This document shows positions 8,518-19,160 of a DNA stretch of 64,000 bases, piece by piece. The notes under the pieces were generated by a model, which saw only the letters and a list, made by a program, of their open reading frames with translations, ran no database searches and was not told the DNA's origin. This stretch comes from Phycisphaeraceae bacterium (GTDB lineage: Bacteria > Planctomycetota > Phycisphaerae > Phycisphaerales > Phycisphaeraceae), in NCBI GenBank assembly GCA_963674705.1, contig OY771506.1, positions 2,176,001-2,240,000 on the forward strand, given 5' to 3'. A program made the translations under genes and the position numbers. The first letter of the stretch is position 1, and every line of letters begins with the position of its first letter.

Positions 8518-10956
8518 ATGACGCTACTTACAACCCAACTTGCACGTTTACATCGTTCAGTTGCCGCTCGGCTTTCGGGTCTGACGGCCAAACCTGTGAA
8601 TGTCCCACAACAGCAGTTACTGCCACGGATGGAAAGCCTGGAAGACAGGCTGTTGCTCTCCGCAACCTTGCTGGTCGACGCCGGCGTCGATCAACTGGCA
8701 GATGAAGGCTCACAGATCTCGGTAACCGGCACGTATGAAGACCTGGAAGGTGGCGGCGGGACGCCCGGCGTTTTTGAAGTCCTGCAACTGACAAGCACCA
8801 GCGCCAGCGAACAACAACTCGATATCGATGGCAACCGGGCTGTCTGGGAAAGCGATGGCGAGATCCTTTACTTCGATGGTACAACCGACGCGCTGAACAA
8901 TCCCAACATCATCAACATCACCGGCAACACGGTTACTTTCGAGAACGACCCGCACATCAGCGGTGATTACATCATCTATGCCGGCGCCGGCATCAATGCC
9001 TATGAGATCTCAACCGGGACGACAATCAATCTGGCAGCATCAACTATTTCCGTTGCTAACCCGGAAATCGATGGCAGCATGGCGGTCTGGACCGAGCGGG
9101 TCGGGTCCTTCTATACCGTGATGGTGGCCGATCTGTCTGCCGCGACCATCACCCCCACCGCGGTTTACCCGATCGGTAGCGGCCCGGGTGCCAACGGCAG
9201 CCAGCTTGATCCCAAGATCAGCGGCGACAACGTCGCCTGGAAGTCCCCGGGTCTTGGCGGCTACAACGACGTCTTCCTCTACAACCTGACCAACGACACG
9301 ATCGTCAATGTCTCGAACTCGTCGCTTGAAGACAACGGCCACGAGATCTCGGACGGCGTCGTCGTCTGGTACACCGACGGTGATGTCTATTACTACGACA
9401 GCACCTCCGCCTCGCCCGCCGCGGTGAACATCGGTTCGGCCGGCATCTCCGATGTCGTGCCCAGGGTCTCCGGCAGGAATATCGTCTGGGACGGCAACGC
9501 TGATGTTTACTGGCACAACATCGACACAGCCGTCACCATCAACCTGACCAATTCGCCTTCCAGCTCGTTGACCCTGCCCGATATCTCCGGCGACAACATC
9601 ACCTGGTCCAACGGCACCGACGTCTATCTCTATAACTTCGTGACCGGGATCACCACCAACGTCAGTGACAGCTCGCAACTGGACACGCAGGCGCTGGTTT
9701 CCGGTGACAACGTCGTCTGGCTGTCTCGGGCTTCTGCTGCATCCCAAGCCGATGTGTTCTTCGCCTCCGGCACGTCCGAGCCGTTGACCTACACAATCGA
9801 CTGGGACTTCGGCGACGGCACGGTTATCACTGATACCACACTCGAGCAGGACCATACATACCTGGACAACGGTATCTACACCGTTACGCTGACGGTCACT
9901 GCCAGTGATGGCCGTGTCACCAGCGACACACTCACCGCTGATATCAGTAACGTGGCCCCGATCGTCGATCCGATCGTCGGTGATACCCAGGCGCTGCGCG
10001 GCAGCACGCTCAGCTTCACCGGCAGCTACAGCGACCCCGGCGTGCTCGATACCCACAGCACCGAGTGGACCGTCACCGACAGTGGTGGGGCAGTCGTGGC
10101 GACCGGAACGGGAACGAGCTTCGACTTCACGCCTGAAGATGCCGGCACGTTCGATGTGACCTTCACCGTCACCGATAACGACGGCGGCGTCGGCAGCAGC
10201 ACGTTATCGACCAGCTCGGTGGTCATCCTCGTCGGGCCTGATCCGCTTGATCCATCACAGACCACGATCCAGATCGCCGGCTCCAACGGTCGGGACATCA
10301 TCCGTGTCCGCAAGTCATGCTGGACGCCCGGGACGCTGAAGGTCATCGTCCATGAACTGGATACCGGCAATGTCTATATCGAAGACGGTATCGTCGGGGC
10401 GGATCGCGTGATCGCCGATGGGCGGGCCGGCAACGATCAGATCAAGGTGCGTTGCAACCTGGGCGATCTGAAAGCAGAACTCTACGGAAGTGACGGAAAC
10501 GACATGCTCTGTGGCGGTGACGCCAACGACTTCATCTCCGGCGGTGACGGCTGCGACCTGATCTCCGGTGGCAACGGCCGGGACTTCCTCGTCGGCGGAC
10601 TCGGCAGCGACCTGGTCCTGGGTAACAACCAGGATGATATTCTGGTCGGCGGTGTGTACGTTGAAGGTCGCGACCTGGCTGCGGAGCGAGCGGTCCTTGC
10701 CGAGTGGTCGCGTACCGATATTGGTTATGCGGATCGCATCAATAACATCATCAACGGCACCGGCCTGAACGGATCGAGTGTTCTTGATGATAGCACCGTC
10801 TTCGATGATAACAGTTTCGACATCCTGCTCGGTCTGCAGGGGCGGGATTGGTTCCATGCCAACGATTGCCAGGACCTGACCGATGAACGTCGTAACGAGT
10901 ACATGTCCGAAACAGAGATAGACTTTGTTGATGCGGATGTGGATTACATCGTGTAA
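8518..10956 (+). CDS. Planctomycete LEPR-XLL extracellular protein with beta-propeller repeats, PKD domains and RTX-type Ca-binding repeats
   Basis: MESLEDRLLLSA motif; repeated P-x-ISG-D-x-V-x-W...DV-(F/Y)-x-Y blades; WDFGDG and HTYLDNGIYTVTLTV (PKD); GGDGCDLISGGNGRDFLVGGLGSD (GGxGxD). ATG at 8518 follows an AGGA RBS. Confidence 0.85.
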   Translation: MTLLTTQLARLHRSVAARLSGLTAKPVNVPQQQLLPRMESLEDRLLLSATLLVDAGVDQLADEGSQISVTGTYEDLEGGGGTPGVFEVLQLTSTSASEQQLDIDGNRAVWESDGEILYFDGTTDALNNPNIINITGNTVTFENDPHISGDYIIYAGAGINAYEISTGTTINLAASTISVANPEIDGSMAVWTERVGSFYTVMVADLSAATITPTAVYPIGSGPGANGSQLDPKISGDNVAWKSPGLGGYNDVFLYNLTNDTIVNVSNSSLEDNGHEISDGVVVWYTDGDVYYYDSTSASPAAVNIGSAGISDVVPRVSGRNIVWDGNADVYWHNIDTAVTINLTNSPSSSLTLPDISGDNITWSNGTDVYLYNFVTGITTNVSDSSQLDTQALVSGDNVVWLSRASAASQADVFFASGTSEPLTYTIDWDFGDGTVITDTTLEQDHTYLDNGIYTVTLTVTASDGRVTSDTLTADISNVAPIVDPIVGDTQALRGSTLSFTGSYSDPGVLDTHSTEWTVTDSGGAVVATGTGTSFDFTPEDAGTFDVTFTVTDNDGGVGSSTLSTSSVVILVGPDPLDPSQTTIQIAGSNGRDIIRVRKSCWTPGTLKVIVHELDTGNVYIEDGIVGADRVIADGRAGNDQIKVRCNLGDLKAELYGSDGNDMLCGGDANDFISGGDGCDLISGGNGRDFLVGGLGSDLVLGNNQDDILVGGVYVEGRDLAAERAVLAEWSRTDIGYADRINNIINGTGLNGSSVLDDSTVFDDNSFDILLGLQGRDWFHANDCQDLTDERRNEYMSETEIDFVDADVDYIV

Positions 10957-10986
10957 GCGATCTGCTGAAGTATTGGATATCAAAAC

Positions 10987-11019
10987 GGAGCCCACGTTCT
11001 TCGAGCGTGGGCTTCTTTT
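10987..11019 (+). terminator. Rho-independent terminator between convergent genes
   Basis: GGAGCCCACG-loop-CGTGGGCTTC followed by TTTT. Confidence 0.65.
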
Positions 11020-11048
11020 GTGTTTATACTAATTTGATACTGCGAGGA

Positions 11049-12545
11049 TCAATTGTTCTTCAGATATGCTTCATGAGTCAACGGGTAGCGTGCGTGCACG
11101 TGTTCGAGATAGGCCAGCAATTCATTTTTCAGTTTTTCCGCCAACTCGGGTTTTTCGCTGCTCAGATCGTGTTGTTCGGCGATGTCGTTTTCAAGATCGT
11201 ACAACTCGACGCTCTTGTCTTCGTAGAAGTACATCAGCTTGTACTTACCTTTGCGGATTGAAGACTGTGGCCTGGTCAGGCTGATGTAGCCGTCCTCGAT
11301 GCCGATCGGTGCGTTGAACAATGTATTGGGTCGCCAGTGATACCAGGGGAAGTGCCAGAACAGCGGGCGGTCGGTGAGTTTTTCGGGTGTCGGTTCACCT
11401 TTAATCAACGGCAAAATCGACATGCCATCATATTCACGATCCGCATCGGGTTTGCTGCCCGCCGCCGCCATGAAAGTCGGCAACAGGTCCATGTTGGTCA
11501 CGGGTACATCGCAGGTCGTCCCCGCTTTGGTCACGCCGGGCCATCGCACGATGAAGGGTTCACGCACGCCGCCTTCGTAGAGATTCCACTTGCTGCCACG
11601 CAGCGGCCGATTCCATGCCCATTGCGGGTGCCCGCCGTTATCCGAAGTCAATACGATAAGTGTGTCGTCGGCGTGTCCTGAAGCTTCCAGTGCGTTGAGC
11701 AATTGTCCGACGTAATGGTCCATCGTTTCGACAAACGCGGCATAGAGCACCCGATCATCGTCCATATCGGTTCCGGCTTTTTCGCGATACTTCTCCAGCA
11801 GCCAGCCGCACTTCGTATCGAGCGGATCATGCACGTAATAGTGAGCGACATAGAGGAAGAACGGCTTGTCGTGTTCCAGATTCAGAAAGTTGATCGCTTG
11901 CTGTGTCAATTCATCTTCAGGGAATTCACCGGGCTTGAAGTCGCCGAGTTTGCCGCGTTCACTTTTCGGATAACTGTATGGGTGAGACCCTTGTGTGTCA
12001 GCGAACCACTCAAAGCCTTGCTTGAGTGGGTTGTGCGTGGGGCTGATACCGAGGTAGCTGCTATGGTGTGCAGCGAGGTGCCATTTGCCGGCCATCCCGG
12101 TGGCGTAGCCGGCATCGGCGAGCTGCTCCGCCATCGTTCGCTCATCGAGTGGCAGGTTCTTGGTTTGAGATGGGGGAACGAGCGGGTATTCTTCGTACTT
12201 CTTAGACCACTGCTCTTTCGTTGGATTGTTATCATCGTATGTCGTGACAAATTCAAATCCAAGCCTTGCCGGTGAACGACCGGTCATCAGACCGGCGCGT
12301 GAGGCGGAGCAGATCGGCGCGGCCGCATAACCATCGGTAAAGCGCACGCCTGATTCGGCCAGTTGATCGATGTTTGGTGTTTCCGGTAATGGTGAGCCGT
12401 AGCAACCCAGATCCGCGTAACCCATATCATCGATGAAGATGAGCAGGATGTTTGGTTTCTGCGGCTTTGTATCTTCCGAAGCCATTGCGCCGGTGGATGT
12501 AAACAAAGAACTGATGGCCAGCAAAAAAAACAATCGCGAATTCAT
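11049..12545 (-). CDS. Sulfatase (formylglycine-dependent, secreted)
   Basis: Signal peptide, then PNILLIFIDDMG, CSASRAGLMTG, GKWHL, SDNGG and YEGGVREP. Start placed at MNSRLFF. Confidence 0.93.
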   Translation of the reverse strand: MNSRLFFLLAISSLFTSTGAMASEDTKPQKPNILLIFIDDMGYADLGCYGSPLPETPNIDQLAESGVRFTDGYAAAPICSASRAGLMTGRSPARLGFEFVTTYDDNNPTKEQWSKKYEEYPLVPPSQTKNLPLDERTMAEQLADAGYATGMAGKWHLAAHHSSYLGISPTHNPLKQGFEWFADTQGSHPYSYPKSERGKLGDFKPGEFPEDELTQQAINFLNLEHDKPFFLYVAHYYVHDPLDTKCGWLLEKYREKAGTDMDDDRVLYAAFVETMDHYVGQLLNALEASGHADDTLIVLTSDNGGHPQWAWNRPLRGSKWNLYEGGVREPFIVRWPGVTKAGTTCDVPVTNMDLLPTFMAAAGSKPDADREYDGMSILPLIKGEPTPEKLTDRPLFWHFPWYHWRPNTLFNAPIGIEDGYISLTRPQSSIRKGKYKLMYFYEDKSVELYDLENDIAEQHDLSSEKPELAEKLKNELLAYLEHVHARYPLTHEAYLKNN

Positions 12546-12630
12546 TTCGTTCTCCAAGCATATGAAATAAAGCGCTGGATAAGATACATCAATTATCAAG
12601 GGATAAACGCGATTGATTCGTGGTGAAATG

Positions 12631-12664
12631 AAAAAAAGCCACACGCAAAAAGCATGTGGCTTTT
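12631..12664 (-). terminator. Rho-independent terminator of trpB2
   Basis: On the minus strand: AAAAGCCACATGC-TTTTT-GCGTGTGGCTTTTTTT. Confidence 0.65.
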
Positions 12665-12702
12665 AAGATTTATTTCTTGACTTCTGCGAGCTTTAATTCG
12701 AC

Positions 12703-14073
12703 TTATTGACCTGCGACAACCGGAAGCCCCGCGAGCGCCATCGCGATTTCTTCTTCGGGGTATTCGTAGTCGTGCAGTTCGCCTGCGTTGTAGGCGATGT
12801 AGGCCGCCATATCGAAGTGGCCGTGGCCGCAGAGGTTGAAGAGGATGACTTCGCTCTTGCCTTCTTCCTTGCATCGCAACGCTTCACGGATCGCGCCAGC
12901 GACGGCGTGGTTGGCTTCCGGCGCCGGGAGGATGCCTTCGGCCTGGGCGAATTGGACGCCGGCGCCGAACGCTTCAAGCTGATGCACACCGATCGGTTCG
13001 CACAGACCCAACTGGACAATGTGAGATACCAGCGGCGCCATGCCGTGGTAACGCAGGCCGCCGGTGTGGATCGCAGGGGGAACGAAGGTTGAACCCAGCG
13101 TGTGCATCTTGACCAACGGCGTCAGGTGCGCGGTGTCGCCGAAGTCATAGGCGTATTTACCGCGAGTCAGCGACGGACAGGCAGATGGTTCGACCGCGAC
13201 GAACCGCCGCTTCTTGCCGCCCCGCAGTTGTTCACCGAGGAAGGGGAATGCGATGCCGGCATAATTTGATCCGCCGCCGGTGCAACCAACGATCACGTCC
13301 GGATCGTCACCCGCCATCTCGAGTTGTAAAGCACATTCCTGGCCGATGATGGTCTGATGCAGCAGCACGTGATTGAGCACGGAGCCAAGTGCGTACTTTG
13401 CTTTCGGATCTTTGGCCGCGACTTCCACCGCTTCACTGATCGCGATACCGAGCGAGCCGGGACAGTCCGGGTCTTTGGCGAGGATGGCACGGCCGGCTTC
13501 GGTTTCATCCGACGGGCTGGGTGTGCAGGTCGCGCCGAAGGCTTCCATGTAGGCTTTGCGGTAGGGCTTCTGCTGGGCCGAGCACTTGACCATGTAGACC
13601 TTGCACTCGATGCCGCCGATCAACGAGCACGCCAACGCCAGGGATGAACCCCATTGGCCCGCGCCGGTCTCGGTGGTCAGCTTGGTGACGCCCGCTTGCT
13701 TGTTGTACCAGGCCTGCGGCAGGGCGGTGTTCGGCTTATGCGAGCCGGCGGGTGATACGCCTTCATACTTGTAATAGATCTTCGCCGGTGTGCCGAGGGC
13801 CTTCTCCAGCCGACGGGCGCGGAACATCGGTGACGGACGCCAGATCTTGTACATCTCACGCACCGGTTCGGGGATCGGGATTTCCCGCTCGGTCGTCACT
13901 TCCTGCTCGATCAGAGCGTCTGGGAAAATGACTGCCAGGTCCTCAGCCGTCGCGGGCTGACCGGTTCCCGGATGCAGCGTGGGGGGCACCGGCGAGGGTA
14001 AATCGGCCTGGATGTTGTACCAGGAGGTCGGGATCTGGGATTCTTCGAGTAGGTACTTGACTTGGTCGGGCAT
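12703..14073 (-). CDS. trpB2: TrpB2-type tryptophan synthase beta chain (stand-alone PLP enzyme)
   Basis: GSHKPNTA (PLP lysine), TETGAGQWG, YALGSVLNHVLLHQT, GGLRYHG and APEANHA; 456 aa; no adjacent trpA. Confidence 0.9.
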   Translation of the reverse strand: MPDQVKYLLEESQIPTSWYNIQADLPSPVPPTLHPGTGQPATAEDLAVIFPDALIEQEVTTEREIPIPEPVREMYKIWRPSPMFRARRLEKALGTPAKIYYKYEGVSPAGSHKPNTALPQAWYNKQAGVTKLTTETGAGQWGSSLALACSLIGGIECKVYMVKCSAQQKPYRKAYMEAFGATCTPSPSDETEAGRAILAKDPDCPGSLGIAISEAVEVAAKDPKAKYALGSVLNHVLLHQTIIGQECALQLEMAGDDPDVIVGCTGGGSNYAGIAFPFLGEQLRGGKKRRFVAVEPSACPSLTRGKYAYDFGDTAHLTPLVKMHTLGSTFVPPAIHTGGLRYHGMAPLVSHIVQLGLCEPIGVHQLEAFGAGVQFAQAEGILPAPEANHAVAGAIREALRCKEEGKSEVILFNLCGHGHFDMAAYIAYNAGELHDYEYPEEEIAMALAGLPVVAGQ

Positions 14074-14791
14074 GGCTGTTGTCCGTCTAAAAGGTTCAGA
14101 ATTGAGTGTTTATAAACTTACCGATCATGTCGGCACGACTGAGTCTCCTCCAAGGCGGTGGATTTGGATACGACGCCACCGCATGAACACGTAAATTTAC
14201 CACTATTCTGTCCTTATTAAAAGTCTTGGCTTCGGAATTTGATGGCGGGTCATATGCTTCAATCCGCTGAGCAAGATGGCCGTGTCCCGGGATACGTCAT
14301 CTTGTGCTGAGGCAGTTCCTGGTGGTCCGGCGGTCTTGTCATCGTTTCATTCATGACAGCTTCGGCCCGGGCCTGATGTTCGTCATTGTCCGATGGATAA
14401 GAATCTGCCCTGGAACCAATCTAATCAAAGCGGGTGGTGACGACAGAGTATGTCATCGGGTAATGCAATGGGTGTGGTCACAGCGCTGAATATTATTTCT
14501 TTCCCAGAACTTCATGTGAATAATAAAAACCATTCTGGTCGACTCGCCAACCCATAGGGTTGTTGTGAATCGAAGCGGATTCCAGGTCTGTGATAATAAA
14601 TCAAAGTGATGATGCCCTATTGATTGCATCAGCGCGATGCTATATTCTCGCCGGCTCCAGGACGTCGTGAGTACAAGCGTTTTGGTTATGGGCAATTACC
14701 GATGAACGAAGTATCAATTCGGTCGATGTGCCTGAAGCATCCCATCATCAGCAGTTGACGATTCGCAAATCCACTATGGAGGTTATGAGCG

Positions 14792-15658
14792 TTGCAAGTG
14801 TCTGGGCCTGTCAAGCGCATCGGTTTTGTTGATTGCGATCTGAATAACTTCCACGCGGATGTTTTTCTTAAAGCGATCCGTGGTCCGCTGGCCTCGCGTG
14901 GGATCAGTGTGGCGGGTGCTACGGCTGTGCAGCAGGAGCAGAGCAAGCTATGGGCGCAGGAGCATGATCTTGCTTATTACACTTCGGTCGAGGCACTAAA
15001 CGATGCGGTCGATGCTTACATGATCCTTGCGCCGTCGAATCCGGAGGTGCACTTTGAACTATGCAGGCAGGTGTTCCCGATGGGGAAACCGACGTATGTA
15101 GACAAGCCGTTTTCGTCTGATCTGTTAACGGCACATCGCATCTTCGGGCTTGCCGATAAGTATCAAGTGAGTATTCAAACAACCTCCGCACTGCGCTACA
15201 CCGAAGTGCAACGCGTGGTTTTGGAAAGTCCAGAGCCTGTAAAGCACATGGTCGCCTGGGCGGGTGGCGATACCTTTGAAGAGTACGGCATACACCCTGT
15301 AGAACTGGTCATCAGTTGTATGGGGCCTGATGCGCTGGCGGCGCATTCGGTTGGTGATGAACAGCATCCGGTAATCATCATCGTGTTCACGGAGGGCCGT
15401 ACCGCGGTCATCGACTTTAATATCGGCACGCATGTGGACTACGCCGCCACTGTGACAACCGCTACAGGCACACAATACATCCCCGTGGGATTGGATACGT
15501 TATTCATAGATACCGCCTCGGCGATCCTGGATTTTCTGGAAACCGGCCAACCCACGATAGCGCGGCAGGAATCTTTGATGGTTCGCGAGATCCTGGACGT
15601 TATCGCTGATCCCGCTTCACGTTCCGGCTATATCCAACTCGAGCCCAATTCGATATAG
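14792..15658 (+). CDS. Gfo/Idh/MocA-like NAD(P)-dependent oxidoreductase
   Basis: KPTYVDKPF, SALRY and YGIHPVE motifs; GGAGG upstream of a TTG/GTG start. Confidence 0.75.
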   Translation: MQVSGPVKRIGFVDCDLNNFHADVFLKAIRGPLASRGISVAGATAVQQEQSKLWAQEHDLAYYTSVEALNDAVDAYMILAPSNPEVHFELCRQVFPMGKPTYVDKPFSSDLLTAHRIFGLADKYQVSIQTTSALRYTEVQRVVLESPEPVKHMVAWAGGDTFEEYGIHPVELVISCMGPDALAAHSVGDEQHPVIIIVFTEGRTAVIDFNIGTHVDYAATVTTATGTQYIPVGLDTLFIDTASAILDFLETGQPTIARQESLMVREILDVIADPASRSGYIQLEPNSI

Positions 15659-15759
15659 CCCCCGTCGCGTTTCTGCGGACGCATGTGACACGGCGATAGC
15701 CATACGACTTGCTGAACCTTTGAACGCTACGGCGACAACACTCACTTCAGGTTTCATCT

Positions 15760-17571
15760 ATGACGCTTGACTCACCTCGAATCATTGATGCCGGCATCGT
15801 CGGTGTTTACCTGATCGGAAGTTTTGCCATCGGTATCTTTGCCTCGCGTGTGTTGCGCAGCGGCAGTAAGGGGGAGGATGGCTACTACCTTGCAGGGCGC
15901 AAGGTGCCGGGGTGGGTCAACGGCATTTCTTATGCGGTCACCGCGATGAATTCCGATGTGGCGCCCGCATATTGTGGTTTTACGGTGGTGGTGGGTTTGT
16001 CGGCCGCGTGGTTGTATCTGTCGCGGTTTGGTTTGGCGATGATGCTGGTTGCGATGCTCTTTGCGGTACGCTGGCGGCAGTTGAAGATCAATACGGGGCC
16101 GGAGTTCCTGTCGCTGCGCTTTGGTGGGGGGCTGGGGACTTTCTCCCGCGTATATCTGTCGCTCTACAGCGTCGTTGTCGGCATGATCCCCTGGATCGGC
16201 GCGGGACTGCTGGGCGTACACATGATCTTCGGCCCGATCTTTGGCATTGAACATAAAGCCACGACGCTTCTACTCGTCCTGCCAATCCTGATCGTTTATG
16301 TCTGGGTATCCGGCTACACCGGGGTGCTGGTGACCGATGTGCTACAGACCATGATTATCCTGCTGGCGAACGCGATACTGCTGCTTGCTGTGCTCTGGCA
16401 GTTCGGCGGCCCCACGCAACTCGCCGACGCGGTACAAACGGCTTTGCCGGAGCACGCTTCCGATGCACTGTCTATCCTGCCTGTACCCGGGCATCCGGTG
16501 ATGAGCCCGTTACTTGTCCTTGCCTGGACACTCGTATCGACCATCGGCGTCGGTGGGAACGTCAACATCGATGGCCAGCGCATGATGTCCTGCCGATCTG
16601 CTGTGGATGCGGCGAAGGTTGGTATCTGGGGGCAACTGGCCCTGTTCGCGATGTTATTGCTTCTGACACTGCCGACCCTGGGCGCGATTGCTAATCATCC
16701 GGAGATGTACACCGCCACTCCCGCCGAGCGCGAGGCTGTCTACGGCATCATGCTCCATGATTATCTGCCGGTTGGCTTATTGGGTGTTGCGCTGGCGGCT
16801 CTGCTTGCCAGCGTCATGTCAACAATCGACAGCCAGCTTAACTACGGCTCGCAAACGCTGGTCAACGACGTTGTACGTCAGTTCAAGCCGGATCTGTCAC
16901 AACGCGTGGCGGTACAGATCGGACGTGTGCTGATCCTTGTGATTCTCGCGATGGGCGTGGTCGTCATGTACGCATCGGACTCCCTGATCGGCATCGCTAT
17001 CGTGCTGGCGGGGATGTTCGGTTCCTCGCTGGTGTTTGGTTGGGGGCAGTGGTGGTGGTGGCGGGTGAATATCTGGTCCTGGTGCACGGCAACACTCGGC
17101 GGGCCGATCGTTTACTTTGCTTTGGGTTTTGCCCTCAGGGCGTGGCCGCTGTGGCAAGCGAAACTCGAAGAGGGAGGCACTGTCGCACAGGGTATGGGCA
17201 TGTTGCAGGCGGTGATCGCGATGGCTGCGACGACATCGCTGTGGGTCATTGTCACACTGGTTACGCCGCCGCAGGACATGGCGACGCTCAAAGCGTTTTA
17301 TTGCAGAGCCAAACCCATGGGCGCCTGGGGGCCGGTGCGGCGTGCACTTGAAGCGGATGGTGATTGCCCGGATACACCTCGCGGCCTGATTGTTGGGGGG
17401 ATGGCTGCCGCTGTTTTAGGTGCAGTATGGATCGCGTTGGCGGTCTTAGCGATCAGTGAAGTGGTCGTGGGTGAGTATCTTGTCGCGGTGCTGCTGGGCG
17501 GCGGGGCTGTGGTCACCGCACTTTTATTTAAAAGGGCATTCCACTGGCACATCGCCCGCATGGATGGGTGA
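15760..17571 (+). CDS. Sodium:solute symporter family transporter
   Basis: Many TM helices; YYLAGRKVPGW, TGPEFLSLRFG, VLVTDVLQ and LASVMSTIDSQLN. Confidence 0.88.
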   Translation: MTLDSPRIIDAGIVGVYLIGSFAIGIFASRVLRSGSKGEDGYYLAGRKVPGWVNGISYAVTAMNSDVAPAYCGFTVVVGLSAAWLYLSRFGLAMMLVAMLFAVRWRQLKINTGPEFLSLRFGGGLGTFSRVYLSLYSVVVGMIPWIGAGLLGVHMIFGPIFGIEHKATTLLLVLPILIVYVWVSGYTGVLVTDVLQTMIILLANAILLLAVLWQFGGPTQLADAVQTALPEHASDALSILPVPGHPVMSPLLVLAWTLVSTIGVGGNVNIDGQRMMSCRSAVDAAKVGIWGQLALFAMLLLLTLPTLGAIANHPEMYTATPAEREAVYGIMLHDYLPVGLLGVALAALLASVMSTIDSQLNYGSQTLVNDVVRQFKPDLSQRVAVQIGRVLILVILAMGVVVMYASDSLIGIAIVLAGMFGSSLVFGWGQWWWWRVNIWSWCTATLGGPIVYFALGFALRAWPLWQAKLEEGGTVAQGMGMLQAVIAMAATTSLWVIVTLVTPPQDMATLKAFYCRAKPMGAWGPVRRALEADGDCPDTPRGLIVGGMAAAVLGAVWIALAVLAISEVVVGEYLVAVLLGGGAVVTALLFKRAFHWHIARMDG

Positions 17572-17656
17572 TGCGTGGGAAGTACTACTTCTATATAGAT
17601 AATCCGCCCCCGGCTTAACAATCTATAAGTCATTGATTAATAAAGAAATGCTTGAA

Positions 17657-17730
17657 TGGGCCATACTGGACTTGAACCAGTGACCTCCTCGATGTCAACG
17701 AGGCGCGCTAGCCAACTGCGCTAATGGCCC
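17657..17730 (-). tRNA. tRNA-Val (GAC), CCA not encoded
   Basis: Minus strand reads GGGCCATTAGCGCAGTTGGCTAGCGCGCCTCGTTGACATCGAGGAGGTCACTGGTTCAAGTCCAGTATGGCCCA. It folds as a cloverleaf with anticodon stem CCTCG/CGAGG around TTGACAT and a GTTCAAGT T-loop. Confidence 0.95.
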
Positions 17731-17901
17731 GTAAGCGGGGCATTATAACGCTGACGGCTTGGCTCGCCAATGTGCCTCCATCTGCGGCAAAATCTACTCG
17801 GCAAAGCGGCGGACAAATCAGTAGCATGACGGGCAACGATCGTGGGCCAAGGGGCCCATTCCTTCCCAACGCCACCGCCAGATTACCAAGGATAACGCCC
17901 G

Positions 17902-19071
17902 ATGCAGATCACCATGAAGTATGGCTGTAACCCCAACCAGTCACACGCCAAGCTCATCAGTCCGCTCGAAGACGGCCCACTGACCGTGGTCAACGGCGCA
18001 CCCGGTTACATCAACGTGCTGGACGCCCTGCGCGGCTGGCAACTCGTGCGTGAACTTAAGAAGTCAACTAATCAACCCGCCGCCGCTTCGTTTAAGCATG
18101 TGAGTCCTGCCGGCGCGGCCGTGGCGGGGGACCTGACCGACGAATTCTGCAAAGCCCACTTCTACGATGGCTCCGACATGTCACCCGTCGCCACCGCTTA
18201 TGCCAAGGCGCGCAGCAGCGACCGCGTCGCCAGCTTCGGCGACTTCATAAGCGTGTCAGATACCGTCGACGTGTCGCTTGCCAAAATCATCAAGCCGGAG
18301 GTTTCGGATGGCATCGTCGCGCCGGATTACGAACCCGAAGCCTTGGAAATCATCAAAGCGAAGAAGGGCGGTAAGTATTGCGTGCTCAAGATTGATCCGA
18401 CTTACGAACCCCCAGCCATCGAAACACGCGTCGAGTTCGGCCTGACGCTCGAACAGTCCTACAACGACAGCGTCATCGACGCGGAGCTATTTAAGAACGT
18501 CGTCACGAAGAACAAGACCATCCCCGATGATGTGATGGAAACGCTCATCGTCGCAACGATCACGCTCAAGCACACGCAGAGCAACTCGATCACCGTCGGC
18601 TATCGCGGTCAGGCTGTGGGTGTCGGTGCGGGCCAGCAGTCTCGTATTGCTTGTACCCGTCTTGCCTGCGAAAAGGCCGACCGCTGGTTCCTGAAGATGC
18701 ATCCCAAGGCGCTGTCATTGAAGTACGTGGACGGGCTGCCCAAGTCGGAAAAGGTCAACGCGATGGATCAGTTCGTGCGCTATCACGAGCTTGATGAAGG
18801 CGAAAGGGCGGTGCTCGCCAAAGCCCTGGCCGCCGATCCGGACCCGATCACTGAACAGGAACGGCTGGATTGGGCGAAGCAGTTTAACGGCGTCGTGCTG
18901 AGTTCCGATGCGTTCATCCCGTTCCGCGACAACCTCGACCGTGCGGTGCGCAGCGGGGCAAAGTACCTGGCGGAAGCGGGCGGCTCGGCACGTGACCAGG
19001 ATGTGATCGATGCCGCGGACGAACACGGCATGGCGATGGCGTTCACCGGCCTGCGCCTGTTCCTGCATTGA
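17902..19071 (+). CDS. AICAR formyltransferase (PurH-like, lacking the IMP cyclohydrolase domain)
   Basis: KYGCNPNQ, GYINVLDA, SFKHVSPAG, KHTQSNS, GAGQQSR, SSDAFIPF and RLFLH; only 389 aa. Confidence 0.88.
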   Translation: MQITMKYGCNPNQSHAKLISPLEDGPLTVVNGAPGYINVLDALRGWQLVRELKKSTNQPAAASFKHVSPAGAAVAGDLTDEFCKAHFYDGSDMSPVATAYAKARSSDRVASFGDFISVSDTVDVSLAKIIKPEVSDGIVAPDYEPEALEIIKAKKGGKYCVLKIDPTYEPPAIETRVEFGLTLEQSYNDSVIDAELFKNVVTKNKTIPDDVMETLIVATITLKHTQSNSITVGYRGQAVGVGAGQQSRIACTRLACEKADRWFLKMHPKALSLKYVDGLPKSEKVNAMDQFVRYHELDEGERAVLAKALAADPDPITEQERLDWAKQFNGVVLSSDAFIPFRDNLDRAVRSGAKYLAEAGGSARDQDVIDAADEHGMAMAFTGLRLFLH

Positions 19072-19160
19072 TAAAAGTTGATTGACTAAGTCATCACGTT
19101 TAGCGGGCGATCGCAGATCCCCGTGCAGCGATGGTATATGTGCACGCCTGGTCGCGATGA

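Noticed and set aside
14304..14946. Short ORFs between trpB2 and the oxidoreductase
   Set aside because: No recognisable motifs or convincing RBS; probably a divergent promoter region.
14200..17656. Genomic islet integrated at the tRNA-Val 3' end
   Set aside because: The tRNA flank is AT-rich, but I found no duplicated tRNA 3' end and no integrase.
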